A DNA stretch of 64,000 nucleotides from an uncultured Pseudomonas sp. (GTDB lineage: Bacteria > Pseudomonadota > Gammaproteobacteria > Pseudomonadales > Pseudomonadaceae): NCBI GenBank assembly GCA_966210435.1, contig CBIHLF010000024.1, forward strand, positions 8,166 to 72,165, in the 5' to 3' direction. The notes below the pieces were generated by a model. That model was not told the origin of the DNA. It saw only the letters and a program-made list of their open reading frames with translations, and ran no database searches. Below are positions 27,130 to 39,080 of the stretch, in pieces. Each line of letters begins with the position of its first letter. Positions within the stretch are counted from its first letter, which is position 1. Position numbers and translations under genes: made by a program.

Positions 27130-28563
27130 ATGCCTAGTCTGAAACGATCTTTTTCCACGTTGCTAACCGTTCTGGTGTTGGGGGTGGCAGCGACCGCCCA
27201 AGCACAATTGCCGGATTTTACCGAGCTGGTCGAGCAGGCCTCGCCTGCGGTGGTGAATATCAGCACGCGGCAGAAGCTGCCGGAGCGTGCGGTATCCAGC
27301 AGTCAGTTAAATATTCCTGATCTGGAAGGTTTGCCACCCATATTCCGTGAGTTCTTCGAGCGCGGAATCCCCCAGGCCCCCCGTAGTCCGGGTGGTGGCG
27401 GTGGTCACCAGCGTGAAGCGCAATCCTTGGGGTCGGGCTTCATTATTTCCGAAGACGGCTATGTGCTGACCAATAACCATGTGATTGCGGATGCCGATGA
27501 AATCATCGTACGTCTGCCCGATCGCAGTGAGCTTGAGGCCAAGCTTGTTGGCACCGATCCACGTAGTGATGTTGCGCTGCTGAAGATCGAGGGCAAGGGG
27601 CTGCCCACGGTCAAGTTGGGCAAGTCCGAAGATTTGAAGGTCGGTGAGTGGGTTCTCGCGATCGGTTCGCCGTTCGGCTTCGATCATTCGGTAACCGCCG
27701 GGATTGTCAGTGCCACGGGGCGCAGTCTGCCGAACGAAAGCTATGTGCCGTTCATCCAGACCGATGTGGCGATCAACCCGGGTAATTCCGGTGGGCCGCT
27801 GTTCAATCTGGAGGGTGAGGTGGTCGGTATCAACTCGCAGATATTCACTCGTTCCGGCGGATTCATGGGGCTTTCTTTCGCCATTCCGATGAGCGTGGCG
27901 CTGGATGTGGCCGATCAACTCAAGGCCAGCGGCAAAGTCAGCCGTGGCTGGCTGGGGGTGGTGATTCAGGAAGTGAACAAGGACCTTGCCGAGTCGTTTG
28001 GTCTCGAGCGGCCGGCTGGTGCGCTGGTGGCGCAGGTGCTGGATGGCGGTCCCGCTGCCAAGGGCGGCTTGATGGTTGGCGATGTGATTCTTAGCCTTGA
28101 TGGCAAGCCGATCATCATGTCGGCCGATCTGCCGCATCTGGTCGGTGTGCTCAAGCCGGGCAGCAAGGCTGAGCTGGATGTTGTCCGCGAAGGCTCGCGT
28201 AAGAAGCTCAAGGTAACTATCGGTGCCTTGCCCGAGGAGGGCCAGGAGCTTGCCGAAATGGCATCGCCCGGGGTCGAGCGCAGCAGCAACCGGTTGGGCG
28301 TTAAGGTCGTCGAGCTGACCGAAGAGCAGAAAAAGGGCTTGGACCTCAAGGGGGGGGTGGTTATCACCGAAGTGCAGGAAGGGCCGGCAATGCTGATCGG
28401 CCTGCGCGCCGGCGATGTGATTACCCATCTGAACAATCAGGCTATCGATTCAGCTAAGACCTTTACCGAGGTTGCTCAGAACCTGCCGAAGAATCGTTCC
28501 GTGTCCATGCGCGTGCTACGCCAGGGCCGTGCGAGCTTTATCACCTTCAAGCTTGCTGAATAA
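27130..28563 (+). CDS. mucD: periplasmic serine endoprotease MucD (DegP/HtrA family)
   Basis: Trimmed to [25 protein letters not shown]. Catalytic-triad motifs NNHV, DVALLK and GNSGGPL. Two PDZ domains. Confidence 0.9.
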   Translation: MPSLKRSFSTLLTVLVLGVAATAQAQLPDFTELVEQASPAVVNISTRQKLPERAVSSSQLNIPDLEGLPPIFREFFERGIPQAPRSPGGGGGHQREAQSLGSGFIISEDGYVLTNNHVIADADEIIVRLPDRSELEAKLVGTDPRSDVALLKIEGKGLPTVKLGKSEDLKVGEWVLAIGSPFGFDHSVTAGIVSATGRSLPNESYVPFIQTDVAINPGNSGGPLFNLEGEVVGINSQIFTRSGGFMGLSFAIPMSVALDVADQLKASGKVSRGWLGVVIQEVNKDLAESFGLERPAGALVAQVLDGGPAAKGGLMVGDVILSLDGKPIIMSADLPHLVGVLKPGSKAELDVVREGSRKKLKVTIGALPEEGQELAEMASPGVERSSNRLGVKVVELTEEQKKGLDLKGGVVITEVQEGPAMLIGLRAGDVITHLNNQAIDSAKTFTEVAQNLPKNRSVSMRVLRQGRASFITFKLAE

Positions 28564-28580
28564 GCCTTTAGGGCAGTATG

Positions 28581-28608
28581 AAAAAGGGCGATTCAGGTCG
28601 CCCTTTTT
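28581..28608 (+). terminator. bidirectional-type intrinsic terminator after mucD
   Basis: AAAAAGGGCGA-ttcagg-TCGCCCTTTTT: a GC stem flanked by an A5 run and a T5 run, 18 nt after the mucD stop. Confidence 0.8.
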
Positions 28609-28714
28609 CATGTCCGTCAATAAGTGCTTGGGTGACGGGCTGGCTGTCGATCGGGTACAATTTGCGGCTATTTTTGGCGGGCAGCCTGCCTGCGCCTTTT
28701 TCGAGTGCCGATCC

Positions 28715-30514
28715 GTGAGTGACCTGAGTCATATCCGCAACTTTTCTATCATCGCCCACATTGACCACGGCAAGTCCACCTTGGCTGACCGCTTCATCCA
28801 GATGTGCGGTGGTTTGAGCGAGCGCGAAATGGAAGCTCAGGTGCTCGACTCGATGGACCTGGAGCGTGAGCGCGGTATTACCATCAAGGCCCATAGCGTC
28901 ACGCTTTATTACAAGGCGCGTGATGGTAAAACCTATCAGTTGAACTTCATCGATACTCCCGGCCATGTCGACTTCACCTATGAGGTGAGCCGCTCGTTGG
29001 CCGCCTGTGAAGGCGCTTTGCTGGTGGTGGATGCAGGGCAGGGGGTCGAGGCTCAGTCGGTCGCGAACTGTTACACCGCGATCGAGCAAGGGCTCGAAGT
29101 CATGCCGGTCCTGAACAAGATGGATTTGCCACAGGCCGACCCGGACAAGGTCAAGGACGAAATCGAACATATCATCGGCATCGATGCCAGCGATGCAGTG
29201 GCCTGTAGCGCCAAGAGCGGTATGGGCGTGGACGAAGTTCTCGAGCGTCTGGTCGCTGTAATTCCGCCTCCGACCGGCGATATCGAGGCGCCATTACAGG
29301 CGTTGATCATCGACTCCTGGTTCGATAACTACCTTGGCGTGGTGTCGTTGGTGCGCGTGCGTCACGGGCGCATCAAGAAGGGCGACAAGGTTCTGGTCAA
29401 GTCCACCGGCAAGATCCATCAAGTGGACAATGTCGGCGTGTTCAACCCGAAGCTGACCAGCACCCCGGACCTCAAGGCGGGCGAGGTGGGCTTTATCGTT
29501 GCTGGTATCAAGGACATTCATGGTGCGCCCGTGGGCGATACCCTGACTCTGTCGAGCACGCCCGATGTCGACATGCTGCCTGGTTTCAAACGGGTCAAGC
29601 CCCAGGTCTATGCGGGGTTATTCCCTGTCAGTTCCGATGACTTCGAAGATTTTCGCGAGGCGTTGCAAAAACTCACCCTGAACGATGCGGCTTTGCAATA
29701 TGAGCCGGAAAGTTCCGATGCGCTGGGTTTCGGTTTCCGTATCGGCTTCCTCGGTATGCTCCACATGGAGATCATCCAGGAGCGCCTCGAGCGCGAATAC
29801 GATCTGGACCTGATTACCACGGCGCCAACCGTGGTTTTCGAAGTCGTGATGAAGAATGGCGAGATCCTGTATGTCGACAACCCGTCGAAGCTCCCGGATC
29901 TGTCGTCGGTCGAGGATATGCGTGAGCCGATTGTTCGCGCCAATATTCTGGTCCCGCAGGAACACCTGGGCAACGTCATCACCTTGTGCATCGAAAAACG
30001 CGGTGTACAGCGCGATATGCAGTTCCTCAGCAGCCAAGTGCAGGTGTCCTACGACTTGCCGATGAATGAGGTGGTCCTGGACTTTTTCGACCGGCTAAAG
30101 TCTGTCAGCCGTGGCTACGCGTCGCTGGATTACAGCTTTGACCGCTTTCAATCGGCCAATCTGGTCAAGCTCGATGTTCTGATTAATGGTGAAAAAGTCG
30201 ATGCCCTGGCCCTGATCGTGCATCGTGACAAGGCCCACTACAAGGGCCGCGCCCTGACTGAAAAAATGAAGGAACTGATCCCGCGTCAGATGTTTGATGT
30301 GGCGATTCAGGCGGCGATCGGTGGGCAGATTGTCGCCCGCACCACGGTCAAGGCTCTCAGAAAGAACGTGCTGGCCAAGTGTTACGGTGGTGACGTGAGC
30401 CGTAAGCGTAAATTGCTGGAAAAGCAAAAGGCCGGTAAGAAACGGATGAAGCAGGTTGGTAACGTGGAGATTCCACAAGAAGCCTTCCTCGCGGTTCTCA
30501 AGGTGGATGGCTAA
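28715..30514 (+). CDS. lepA: elongation factor 4 (LepA)
   Basis: GTG start at 28715 gives [27 protein letters not shown] and 599 aa, the canonical LepA length. The track ORF begins upstream, inside the terminator region. Confidence 0.95.
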   Translation: MSDLSHIRNFSIIAHIDHGKSTLADRFIQMCGGLSEREMEAQVLDSMDLERERGITIKAHSVTLYYKARDGKTYQLNFIDTPGHVDFTYEVSRSLAACEGALLVVDAGQGVEAQSVANCYTAIEQGLEVMPVLNKMDLPQADPDKVKDEIEHIIGIDASDAVACSAKSGMGVDEVLERLVAVIPPPTGDIEAPLQALIIDSWFDNYLGVVSLVRVRHGRIKKGDKVLVKSTGKIHQVDNVGVFNPKLTSTPDLKAGEVGFIVAGIKDIHGAPVGDTLTLSSTPDVDMLPGFKRVKPQVYAGLFPVSSDDFEDFREALQKLTLNDAALQYEPESSDALGFGFRIGFLGMLHMEIIQERLEREYDLDLITTAPTVVFEVVMKNGEILYVDNPSKLPDLSSVEDMREPIVRANILVPQEHLGNVITLCIEKRGVQRDMQFLSSQVQVSYDLPMNEVVLDFFDRLKSVSRGYASLDYSFDRFQSANLVKLDVLINGEKVDALALIVHRDKAHYKGRALTEKMKELIPRQMFDVAIQAAIGGQIVARTTVKALRKNVLAKCYGGDVSRKRKLLEKQKAGKKRMKQVGNVEIPQEAFLAVLKVDG

Positions 30515-30520
30515 GGTTTT

Positions 30521-31402
30521 ATGTCGATTAATTTCCCGTTGTTGCTGGTCGTCGCCGTTGCGCTATGCGGCGCGCTGGCGCTATTCGATTTGATATTTCT
30601 CGCCCCGCGTCGCCGTGCCGCGATTGCCACTTATCAGGGGCAGGTCGAGCAGCCGGACGAGACGGTTGTCGAGCGTCTGAACAAGGAACCGCTGCTGGTT
30701 GAGTATGGCAAGTCGTTCTTCCCGGTACTGGCGATCGTCCTGGTTCTGCGCTCCTTTCTGGTCGAACCCTTCCAGATTCCATCGGGCTCGATGAAGCCGA
30801 CGCTGGCGGTAGGTGATTTTATTCTTGTCAACAAGTTCGCCTACGGCATCCGTTTGCCGGTGCTGGATACCAAGATCATCGACGTAAGTGACCCGCAACG
30901 CGGCGATGTCATGGTCTTCCGCTACCCGAACGACCCGAATATCAACTACATCAAGCGTGTCGTCGGCATTCCTGGCGACCGTGTCGCGGTGGAAGGCAAG
31001 CAGGTTTACATCAATGGTGAAGCGTTGCCCCGGCGCTTCCTCTACGAAGGACTGGACGAGGAAGCCAGGGGCGATCGCAGCTCCGGCGTCTATCCGACTG
31101 CGCGTTATTACACTGAGACGCTGGGCAATGTAGAGCACAGTATTCGCGAGCGCGATCGAGTGCGCGGTTCCGTCCGACGCGAGTGGCTGGTGCCCAAGGG
31201 GCACTACTTCATGATGGGCGACAACCGCGATAACTCGAAAGACAGCCGTTATTGGGAAGATCCAGAGGGGACTCCGCCGGAGTTCTCGGGCATGGTTCCG
31301 GACAAGAATATCGTCGGCAAAGCCTTTGCCGTGTGGATGAGCTGGCCCGATCCGAAATTCAGCCATCTGCCGAATTTCTCCCGTGTCGGTTTGATTCACT
31401 AG
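30521..31402 (+). CDS. lepB: signal peptidase I
   Basis: SGSMKPTL catalytic Ser box, GDNRDNSKDSRYW box, N-terminal TM segments. Confidence 0.95.
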   Translation: MSINFPLLLVVAVALCGALALFDLIFLAPRRRAAIATYQGQVEQPDETVVERLNKEPLLVEYGKSFFPVLAIVLVLRSFLVEPFQIPSGSMKPTLAVGDFILVNKFAYGIRLPVLDTKIIDVSDPQRGDVMVFRYPNDPNINYIKRVVGIPGDRVAVEGKQVYINGEALPRRFLYEGLDEEARGDRSSGVYPTARYYTETLGNVEHSIRERDRVRGSVRREWLVPKGHYFMMGDNRDNSKDSRYWEDPEGTPPEFSGMVPDKNIVGKAFAVWMSWPDPKFSHLPNFSRVGLIH

Positions 31403-31412
31403 GTTTTGCATC

Positions 31413-31445
31413 AGCCTGGCGCTGTTCAATACAGCGCTACAGGCT
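31413..31445 (+). terminator. hairpin after lepB (AGCCTGGCGCTGT-tcaat-ACAGCGCtaCAGGCT) followed by an A/T-rich tract
   Basis: 13 paired bases with a 2-nt bulge, 11 nt after the lepB stop. May attenuate read-through into the rnc-era operon. Confidence 0.5.
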
Positions 31446-31504
31446 ATAAATAATCTTGGGTTTTGCCTGATCGGCATTTATCTCATTGAGAATTGGGGCT
31501 CCAT

Positions 31505-31882
31505 ATGAAATTTGCACGCTCGCAAAAGGGTATGTCGGTTCTGGGCTGGCTGATGGTCTTGGCCTTGGTTGCATTTTTCGCCAGTGCGGCATTCAAGTTG
31601 ATTCCACATTACCTCGACTATATGTCGTTGGAGAAAATCATCACGTCGGTGGAAACCGACGAGTCTCTGGAAATAAATACCGTAGGCGCATTCTATGGTC
31701 ACGTTATCAGGGGGATGGAGGTCAATAGCATCCGTGATTTGAACCCGAAAGATATTCTTGAAGTGAAAATTGAAAACAATGAATTTCGTGCCCACTTGCA
31801 ATATGAGCGGCGTGAGCCTCTGATTAAAAATATCGATCTGGTAGTTAATTTCGATAAAGAATTCCGCGTGCGTATGCCGTGA
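31505..31882 (+). CDS. DUF4845-like small membrane-anchored protein (125 aa)
   Basis: Trimmed to [39 protein letters not shown]. Conserved position between lepB and rnc in pseudomonads. Lower GC than its flanks. Confidence 0.7.
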   Translation: MKFARSQKGMSVLGWLMVLALVAFFASAAFKLIPHYLDYMSLEKIITSVETDESLEINTVGAFYGHVIRGMEVNSIRDLNPKDILEVKIENNEFRAHLQYERREPLIKNIDLVVNFDKEFRVRMP

Positions 31883-32568
31883 GTGCTTCGTTAGCCCGTC
31901 TCGAACGACGACTCGGTTACACCTTCAAGGACCAGGAACTGATGATCCTGGCCTTGACCCATCGCAGCTTCGCTGGGCGCAATAACGAACGCCTGGAGTT
32001 TCTCGGCGACGCCATTCTCAACTTCGTCGCCGGTGAGGCGCTGTTCGAGCGTTTTCCTCTGGCCCGTGAAGGTCAGCTGTCGCGTCTGCGTGCCCGCCTG
32101 GTCAAGGGGGAGACGCTGGCTATCCTGGCCCGTGGTTTCGACCTGGGCGAATATCTGCGCCTGGGCTCGGGCGAGTTGAAAAGTGGCGGTTTTCGCCGCG
32201 AGTCGATTCTCGCCGATGCCCTGGAGGCGCTGATCGGTGCCATTTACCTGGATGCCGGCATGGAGGCGGCGCGCGAGCGGGTATTGGCCTGGCTAACCAA
32301 TGAGTTGGAGAGCCTGACGCTGGTCGACACCAACAAGGATCCGAAAACCCGTCTGCAGGAGTTTCTGCAATCCCGGGCTTGCGATCTGCCGCGCTACGAG
32401 GTGGTGGATATCCAGGGTGATCCGCATTGCCGGACGTTCGTCGTCGAATGCCAGATCACCTTACTGAACGATAAAACCCTGGGTCAGGGGGCCAGCCGCC
32501 GTATTGCCGAACAGGTCGCGGCGGCGGCTGCCTTGATCGCCCTGGGTGTGGAGAATGGGCATGACTGA
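31879..32568 (+). CDS. rnc: ribonuclease III
   Basis: GTG start overlaps the previous stop. RNase III signature [12 protein letters not shown] plus a dsRBD. Confidence 0.95.
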   Translation: MSASLARLERRLGYTFKDQELMILALTHRSFAGRNNERLEFLGDAILNFVAGEALFERFPLAREGQLSRLRARLVKGETLAILARGFDLGEYLRLGSGELKSGGFRRESILADALEALIGAIYLDAGMEAARERVLAWLTNELESLTLVDTNKDPKTRLQEFLQSRACDLPRYEVVDIQGDPHCRTFVVECQITLLNDKTLGQGASRRIAEQVAAAAALIALGVENGHD

Positions 32569-33463
32569 TTCACCTGCAACACGCTGTGGCTATGTCGCCA
32601 TCGTCGGCCGGCCCAACGTGGGCAAGTCGACGCTGCTCAACCATATTCTCGGGCAGAAACTGGCCATTACCTCGCGTAAGCCGCAGACCACCCGGCACAA
32701 CATGCTCGGAATCAAGACCGAGGGAGAGGTCCAGGCGATATATGTCGATACGCCCGGTCTGCACAAGAACAACGAGAAAGCCCTCAACCGCTATATGAAC
32801 AAGAATGCCTCGTCGGCGCTGAAGGATGTCGACGTGGTGATCTTCGTGGTCGACCGCACCCGCTGGACCGATGAGGACCAGATGGTCCTGGAGCGCGTGC
32901 AGTACGTGCAGGGCCCGGTGATTCTGGCGATCAACAAGACCGACCGTATCGAGGATAAAGCGGAGCTGATGCCGCACCTCGAATGGTTGGCGACTCAGCT
33001 GCCGAATGCCGAAATAGTGCCGGTTTCCGCACAACACGGTCATAACCTCGACACCCTGGAAAAACTGGTCGGCGAGCGTTTGCCGGAAGGCGTGCATTTC
33101 TTTCCGGAAGATCAGGTCACCGATCGTTCGAGCCGTTTCTTCGCCGCCGAATTGGTACGCGAGAAGATCATGCGCCAGCTCGGCGCCGAGTTGCCGTACC
33201 AGATCACTGTGGAAATTGAGGAGTTCAAGCGCGATGGGCGCATCCTGCATATCCACGCGCTGATACTGGTTGAGCGTGATGGTCAGAAGAAGATCATTAT
33301 TGGCGAGAAGGGCGAGCGGATCAAACGCATCGGTCAGGAAGCGCGCAAGGACATGGAGGTGATGTTCGACTCCAAGGTCATGCTCAATCTCTGGGTCAAG
33401 GTCAAAGGCGGTTGGTCGGACGACGAGCGCGCCCTGCGCTCGCTGGGCTACGACAATATCTAA
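32561..33463 (+). CDS. era: GTPase Era
   Basis: Trimmed to [28 protein letters not shown]-motifs DTPG and NKTD, plus a KH domain. Overlaps the rnc stop. Confidence 0.95.
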   Translation: MTDSPATRCGYVAIVGRPNVGKSTLLNHILGQKLAITSRKPQTTRHNMLGIKTEGEVQAIYVDTPGLHKNNEKALNRYMNKNASSALKDVDVVIFVVDRTRWTDEDQMVLERVQYVQGPVILAINKTDRIEDKAELMPHLEWLATQLPNAEIVPVSAQHGHNLDTLEKLVGERLPEGVHFFPEDQVTDRSSRFFAAELVREKIMRQLGAELPYQITVEIEEFKRDGRILHIHALILVERDGQKKIIIGEKGERIKRIGQEARKDMEVMFDSKVMLNLWVKVKGGWSDDERALRSLGYDNI

Positions 33464-33560
33464 AGCAACAGCCGCAGGCGACAAGCCTCCAAGTGGATCG
33501 TGCCGAGTGTCGACGGGGCGGCTGGAACTGGTGCTTTGCTTACCGCTCGAAGCTTGAGGC

Positions 33561-34253
33561 TTGCCGCTGATGTTCGCCTATGTACTGCATAGCCGCGCTT
33601 ACCGCGAAAGTAGTGCGCTGGTCGATTTGCTCACTCCTCAGGGTCGGCTGCGCGCGGTGCTGCGTGGTGCGCGAGGCAAGGCGGGAACCCTGGCGCGGCC
33701 GTTCATCCCCATCGAAGTCGAGCTGCGCGGACGTGGCGAACTGAAGAATATCGGCCGCCTGGAAGCTGCTGGCATTCCCAATCTGCTCAACGCGGAGGCG
33801 CTGTTCAGTGGCCTCTATCTGAACGAACTGCTGATTCGTTTGCTGCCCGCGGAAGACCCGCATCCAGAAATCTTCGAGCACTACGCCATGACCGTCCTGG
33901 CGCTGGCCCAGGGGCGTGCGCTGGAGCCCTTGTTACGTGCTTTCGAATGGCGTTTGCTTGGCGAGTTGGGCTATGGTTTCGCACTCGATCATGATTGCAA
34001 CGGCCAGCCCATCGCCACTCAAGGGCTCTATCGGCTGCAGGTCGATTCAGGTTTACAGCCCGCTGGGCAGTTTCAACCCGGGGTTTTTCAAGGTGCTGAG
34101 TTACTCGCCATGGCCGAGGCCGACTGGGCCTCGCCGGGTGCTCTGGCTGCGGCCAAGCGCTTGATGCGCCAGGCTCTCGCCCCTCATCTAGGCGGCCGAC
34201 CGCTGGTCAGTCGCGAATTGTTCATGACGCTCAAGGAGCCAAACCGTGACTGA
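33561..34253 (+). CDS. recO: DNA repair protein RecO
   Basis: [35 protein letters not shown] is the RecO OB-fold N-terminus. Start is TTG 33561 or ATG 33570; an in-frame stop lies at 33555-33557. Confidence 0.9.
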   Translation: MPLMFAYVLHSRAYRESSALVDLLTPQGRLRAVLRGARGKAGTLARPFIPIEVELRGRGELKNIGRLEAAGIPNLLNAEALFSGLYLNELLIRLLPAEDPHPEIFEHYAMTVLALAQGRALEPLLRAFEWRLLGELGYGFALDHDCNGQPIATQGLYRLQVDSGLQPAGQFQPGVFQGAELLAMAEADWASPGALAAAKRLMRQALAPHLGGRPLVSRELFMTLKEPNRD

Positions 34254-34992
34254 TGCCAATCGTGTGTTGCTGGGTGTGAATATCGACCATGTGGCGACCC
34301 TGCGTCAGGCCCGTGGTACGCGCTATCCCGACCCGGTGAAAGCCGCCCTGGATGCCGAAGAGGCCGGGGCCGATGGCATTACCGTGCACTTGCGTGAGGA
34401 CCGCCGGCATATCCAGGAGCGCGACGTGCGTCTGCTCAAGGAGGTGCTGCAAACGCGGATGAATTTCGAAATGGGCGTTACCGAGGAAATGCTGGCGTTC
34501 GCCGAAAGCATCCGTCCCGAGCACGTTTGCCTGGTACCGGAAACCCGCCAGGAACTGACCACCGAAGGCGGTCTGGATGTCGCCGGGCAGGAAGCGCGGA
34601 TCGCTGCTGCGGTACAGCGGCTGAGTAAGATTGGTTGCGAGGTTTCGCTGTTTATCGATCCGGATGCGCGCCAGATCGAAGCGTCGAAGCGCGTTGGCGC
34701 GCCAGCTATCGAACTGCACACCGGGCGCTACGCCGACGCCCATACGCCGGAAGAAGCGGCGCGGGAGCTGGCGCGAATTAGCGATGGTGTGGCCTGCGGC
34801 CTGGCCCATGGCCTGATCGTCAATGCCGGTCATGGCCTGCACTACCATAACGTCGAGCCGGTGGCGGCGATCGCCGGAATCAATGAGCTGAACATCGGCC
34901 ACGCGCTGGTCGCCCATGCGCTATTCGTCGGCTTCAAACAGGCGGTGGTGGAGATGAAGCAGCTGATAGTCGCGGCGGCCAATCGCGGGTAG
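34246..34992 (+). CDS. pdxJ: pyridoxine 5'-phosphate synthase
   Basis: GTG start. [31 protein letters not shown] and ELHTGRYA motifs. Confidence 0.95.
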   Translation: MTDANRVLLGVNIDHVATLRQARGTRYPDPVKAALDAEEAGADGITVHLREDRRHIQERDVRLLKEVLQTRMNFEMGVTEEMLAFAESIRPEHVCLVPETRQELTTEGGLDVAGQEARIAAAVQRLSKIGCEVSLFIDPDARQIEASKRVGAPAIELHTGRYADAHTPEEAARELARISDGVACGLAHGLIVNAGHGLHYHNVEPVAAIAGINELNIGHALVAHALFVGFKQAVVEMKQLIVAAANRG

Positions 34993-35003
34993 AGGCCCCA
35001 TGG

Positions 35004-35029
35004 GGTGGATGACGCTGTATTCATCCACC
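35004..35029. repeat. REP-type hairpin GGTGGATGA-cgctgtat-TCATCCACC between convergent pdxJ and cmoB
   Basis: 9-bp stem. A degenerate second copy in opposite orientation follows (GCTGGATGAGGAAAGCGTCAGC ... CCACCCTAC) and contains the cmoB TAG stop at 35075-35077. Confidence 0.6.
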
Positions 35030-35074
35030 ATAGCGCTGGATGAGGAAAGCGTCAGCTACGCGCCCCTATCCACC

Positions 35075-36043
35075 CTACGGCTTGCGCGCCACCAACACGG
35101 CGCGGCTCGGCGCGGGCAGCCCTTCCAGCGTGCGGCTATGGTCGGCCGGGTCGAGAAAGTCCGGCAGCGACTGAAAGCGCATCCACTCGGTGGCGCGTTG
35201 CTCCTCGACCGAGGTGGTATTGACGTCGACGCAGCGCACATCGACGAAGCCGGCGCGACGCAGCCATAGCTCCAGCGCCGGCACCGAGGGCAGGAACCAG
35301 ACGTTGCGCATTTGCGCGTAGCGGTCCTCGGGGATCAGCACCTGTTGGGCGTCGCCTTCGACCACCAGGGTTTCCAGGACGAGTTCACCGTCCTTGACCA
35401 GGCAATCCTTCAGGTCCAGCAGGTGATCGATGGGCGAGCGACGGTGATAGAGCACACCCATGGAAAACACCGTGTCGAAGCCTTGCAGCTTGCCCGGTAA
35501 TTCCTCGAAGGCCAGTGGCAGGTGCCAGGCCGGCAGGTCGGGCAGGTAGTTCTTCATCGCCAGGAATTGGCAGAGGAACAGCCAGTTCGGGTCGATGCCG
35601 ACCACGCTATCGGCACCAGCGCCGAGCATCCGCCACATGTAGTAGCCATTGCCGCAGCCCACATCCAGCACGCGTTTGCCGGTCAGGTCGAGATGGGGCG
35701 CGACGCGCTGCCACTTCCAGTCCGAACGCCACTCGGTATCCACGTGCACGCCAAACAGGCGGAACGGCCCCTTGCGCCAGGGGATCAGGCCGCGCAGGGC
35801 GGTGTCCAGGGCGACGCGGGTCGATGCGTCGCAGGGGCCGGTGAAAGTGAAGGCTTCGAGCAATTCCAGCTGCTCCACTTCCAGCGGCGGCAGCGCCTGG
35901 ACTGCACCATACCAGCGCTGCAGGTCGCCGTGGCCGATCGCCAGTTTGGCGTCGATTTGCCCCGGCAGACCGGCGCACCAGTCCTGCAGCGGGGTGCCGG
36001 CCAACTGCGCTTGTAGGGCGTCCAGATCGAGGCGGCCGATCAT
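35075..36043 (-). CDS. cmoB: tRNA U34 carboxymethyltransferase CmoB
   Basis: Track [25 protein letters not shown] and [15 protein letters not shown] are CmoB motifs. Confidence 0.9.
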   Translation of the reverse strand: MIGRLDLDALQAQLAGTPLQDWCAGLPGQIDAKLAIGHGDLQRWYGAVQALPPLEVEQLELLEAFTFTGPCDASTRVALDTALRGLIPWRKGPFRLFGVHVDTEWRSDWKWQRVAPHLDLTGKRVLDVGCGNGYYMWRMLGAGADSVVGIDPNWLFLCQFLAMKNYLPDLPAWHLPLAFEELPGKLQGFDTVFSMGVLYHRRSPIDHLLDLKDCLVKDGELVLETLVVEGDAQQVLIPEDRYAQMRNVWFLPSVPALELWLRRAGFVDVRCVDVNTTSVEEQRATEWMRFQSLPDFLDPADHSRTLEGLPAPSRAVLVARKP

Positions 36044-36783
36044 GGCAAGGCAATCAGCGAGGCGAAGTTAAGGCATTGAAACCAGGGCACCACCTTGCTG
36101 AAGCCGGCGGCCAGCAGACGTTCGCGGTGCTGCTCCAGACTATCCGGCAGCATGACTTTCTCGATTGCACTGCGCTTCTGGGCGATTTCCAGTTCGCTGT
36201 AGCCATTGGCGCGTTTGAAGGCGATGTGTAAATCCCCGAGCAGTTGGTGCTGTTCGTCGTCCTCGAAGCGCAGTTTCTCCGAGAGGATCAGCGCGCCGCC
36301 CGGCAGCAGTGCCTGTCGAATGCGTGCGAGCAATGCCAAACGCTGTTCCGGCTGGATAAATTGCAGGGTGAAGTTCAAGGCCACCAGGGAAGTTGGCTGC
36401 AGCTCCAGGCCAAGGATATCGGCCTCGATCACCTCCACTGGCAACAGCTCCTGGAACATCGAGTCCTGGGCGTGCAGGTACTCGTGGCAGCGCTCGACCA
36501 TGGCCGCCGAGTTGTCGACCGCTATCACCCGACAATCCTCGAGTTGTACATGGCGGCGTAGCGCCTGGGTCACGGCGCCGAGGGAACTGCCCAGGTCGTA
36601 GAGCACGCTATGCGGCTGGGCGAACTGACCGGCCAGCACGCCGATATTTTCGACAATCGTCGGGTAGCCGGGCACCGAGCGTTTGATCATGTCCGGAAAA
36701 ACCCGCACGACGTCCTCGTTGAAGACGAAGTCCGGCACCTGGGGCAGGGGCTGGGCGAACAGGCGGTCGGATTGTTTGGTCAC
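36040..36783 (-). CDS. cmoA: carboxy-S-adenosyl-L-methionine synthase CmoA
   Basis: GTG start at 36781-36783 gives [40 protein letters not shown] and 247 aa, the canonical length. ATGA overlap with cmoB. Confidence 0.9.
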   Translation of the reverse strand: MTKQSDRLFAQPLPQVPDFVFNEDVVRVFPDMIKRSVPGYPTIVENIGVLAGQFAQPHSVLYDLGSSLGAVTQALRRHVQLEDCRVIAVDNSAAMVERCHEYLHAQDSMFQELLPVEVIEADILGLELQPTSLVALNFTLQFIQPEQRLALLARIRQALLPGGALILSEKLRFEDDEQHQLLGDLHIAFKRANGYSELEIAQKRSAIEKVMLPDSLEQHRERLLAAGFSKVVPWFQCLNFASLIALP

Positions 36784-36916
36784 GTTGGCGGCGCACGAGT
36801 CGAAGAAGGCCGACGATTTTAACGGGAAAGTCGTTGGGCGACGACTCCTAGTCGCGCTTGGCGTTGCAGGGCGGGCCGAGTGCGCCAGGATCATGCCTGG
36901 CGCCACGCGCTCACAC

Positions 36917-37489
36917 CTACTTCAACTGATCGGAAAGAAACTCCCCCGCGCCCTGTAGCGGACCGAGTGGATTGCGCTTGACCTCGTAGCGGCGAATGTT
37001 CGGCTCGCCGTTGCTGACCTTATGCACCAGTACGTCGTCGACCAGGACGAATACCGCGCGAAAGACCCATCCTTGCAGTTCTCTTTTCTTGCGGAAGTTG
37101 AATATGTCGGCCCAGAAGTTGCCGACCCGTTTGGAGTCGGTCTTGTTGAACTCGAAGGCGTAGCCCACACAACGATCCTTGGCTTCCAGGCAGCGCAACA
37201 GGCCTTCCGGCAGATAATCGATGGGAACGTTCGGTTGCACGAACATCAGGCGTAGATCGATAAACGAGAGCATTTTGCCGTTGCCTTCGGACAGCGGGTC
37301 GAAGCCCAGCGCGAATAGTTCGGAGCGGGTGGTGATGCCCGCTGCTACCTGGGAGTAGCGTATTTCCGCATCGAGATAATCGTCAAAAGGCGATAATGCT
37401 TCTTCACGTTCGCTGGGTAGCAAGCTGCTGCAACCCGATAGCCAAGCCAGCATGAGGAGCAGGCCGACTGCATGCCTAGTGTCCGTCAT
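36917..37489 (-). CDS. lipoprotein of unknown function (190 aa)
   Basis: Trimmed to [22 protein letters not shown] (lipobox LSGC). I recognise no domain. GC looks lower than its neighbours. Confidence 0.6.
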   Translation of the reverse strand: MTDTRHAVGLLLMLAWLSGCSSLLPSEREEALSPFDDYLDAEIRYSQVAAGITTRSELFALGFDPLSEGNGKMLSFIDLRLMFVQPNVPIDYLPEGLLRCLEAKDRCVGYAFEFNKTDSKRVGNFWADIFNFRKKRELQGWVFRAVFVLVDDVLVHKVSNGEPNIRRYEVKRNPLGPLQGAGEFLSDQLK

Positions 37490-37646
37490 GTCATGATCTC
37501 TGAGTCGTGGATGTCTATTCCCTATAGCCCATTTATCGGTCGCCTGCCTGTATGCGTTCGCCAGCGGTCCGCCCGGGCGAACCAATGGACGCCCCTTGAT
37601 GGCATGTGCGCCAGGATGCCTGGAAGATTAGCGGCGCGCTCGGGTG

Positions 37647-38036
37647 TCAGTGCGCCTTGAGTGCACAGTCGAAGGTTTGCGCCGGCGCCACGTCGGTTTC
37701 CCAAGGGCGTTGATAAGTCAGGCGCAGATGGCCCGAGCCCGCGTGCTTGACACTGAAGCGCCAGGTCGAAAGACCGGCGCTGCCGACCAGACCGGCATCT
37801 TCCGGGTTGCTGTAGACCTCGGGGCCGAGACTTTCGAGTACCGTATCGGCGCCATCGCGCAGTACCCAGCGGAAGCCCGTAGTGGGATTGCTGGGCAGCG
37901 TCAGCAGGAGGCTGTCGCCAACGCCAAGGCTTAGCGGGCATTGACTTTGCTTTTGCACAAGTTGGCTACCGGCGTTGTGGGCACAACCGGCCAGTAGCGC
38001 CAGACCGAGCAACGGCAGTACGCGAAGAGTGGTCAT
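37647..38036 (-). CDS. icp: chagasin-family (I42) cysteine-peptidase inhibitor, lipoprotein form (129 aa)
   Basis: Trimmed to MTTLRVLPLLGLALLAGCAH (lipobox). The three chagasin loops are present: NPTTGFRW, GLVGSAG and RPWE. Same position as P. aeruginosa icp (PA0778, from memory). Confidence 0.8.
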   Translation of the reverse strand: MTTLRVLPLLGLALLAGCAHNAGSQLVQKQSQCPLSLGVGDSLLLTLPSNPTTGFRWVLRDGADTVLESLGPEVYSNPEDAGLVGSAGLSTWRFSVKHAGSGHLRLTYQRPWETDVAPAQTFDCALKAH

Positions 38037-38130
38037 CGGTGGGCTCCTTGATCGATGAAGGCTTGCATGGGCGACTTTACCGCGAGCGCCTAGCATAGCC
38101 GCTGTGTGTCCCCGGGCGTAGCGCCTAGGT

Positions 38131-38823
38131 TCAACAGCGCTGCACCCGCTCAATCTGTGCGTCGAGCAGCGGGCCGAACAAGGCGACGCAGTCCTGGGCC
38201 GTGATGCGTGCCTGGGGGGCGTCGATCAAGTCCTCCTGCAGACGTAGCAGCAGGTCGCCTATCGGCAATGATGTCACGAGCCGCTGCAGGCGCTGACAGA
38301 GCAATTGCATCTGCATTTTCAAGCCGGCCGGGCAGCGTCTGTAGTTGGTGGCGCGCAATGCCAGGCCGCGCAGGCGCGCCAGGTCTTCGAGGCTGTGACA
38401 GGCGATGGCCAGCCCTTGCAATTGCGGCCAGGTCGTCAGGCAAAGGTGGTCTTCCAATTGTTCGATGACGATCAGCAGCGCCTCGATCATTTGGCAATGG
38501 GCCTCGAAGTCGGCCGGTTTGCGCCGCAGCTGTGGCCAGTCCTTGTGCAGCGGCGCCAATTGCAGGCTCTCGCCCGGCCAGTTGAGCCAGAGTTTGTCGA
38601 GTTTGCGCGCGAGTGCATTGCGCTGACTGACGCTACCAATGTCCTGCTGGGCTCCGAGGTCACGGTGCATCTGCACCGCTGGCAGCAGTTCGAGGCTGCG
38701 CTGCAGGGTTGTGTATTGCAGGTGGTCGAGGGTGTTTTGGTGCTGGCGTGCCGCGCGCCGGGTCAGCCATTGGCCGAGAATAAACAGCCCCAGGGCCAAG
38801 GCCAGGGCAATGCCGAGTTCCAT
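38131..38823 (-). CDS. membrane-anchored helical Cys-rich protein of unknown function (230 aa)
   Basis: Track ORF. Single N-terminal TM segment (ELGIALALALGLFILGQWL) followed by an all-helical domain with 7 Cys. Only a weak resemblance to the NIT-domain ERG-type repeats (VQMHRDLG, LARLRGLA). Confidence 0.55.
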   Translation of the reverse strand: MELGIALALALGLFILGQWLTRRAARQHQNTLDHLQYTTLQRSLELLPAVQMHRDLGAQQDIGSVSQRNALARKLDKLWLNWPGESLQLAPLHKDWPQLRRKPADFEAHCQMIEALLIVIEQLEDHLCLTTWPQLQGLAIACHSLEDLARLRGLALRATNYRRCPAGLKMQMQLLCQRLQRLVTSLPIGDLLLRLQEDLIDAPQARITAQDCVALFGPLLDAQIERVQRC

Positions 38824-39080
38824 CGAGTGGTTCCTTACACGGATGGGCGTGTACGCTTTGAACGCTCAGTCTTAGCAACTCTCCTGCCAGTTGGCGGATG
38901 CGCATAAATAGGGCGTGTATGACCGGTTGGGGGCAGTGCGTTGCACCGATACAGTGCGCGCACTTTTGGTGATGGCTGCTTTGGTGCATTACTGGCTAAA
39001 TGCCGGCCATTTGTCGTGCGGGCTGCTGTTTTTTGCGGCAAAGAGTTAAAGTTCCCTTACACGAACTTCCGGTTGTCGCC

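Noticed and set aside
38131-38823. Calling the 230-aa membrane protein a NIT (nitrate/nitrite-sensing) domain protein
   Set aside because: The resemblance is limited to two short ERG-like strings seen by eye. Without a profile search this is too weak, so the product is left as unknown.
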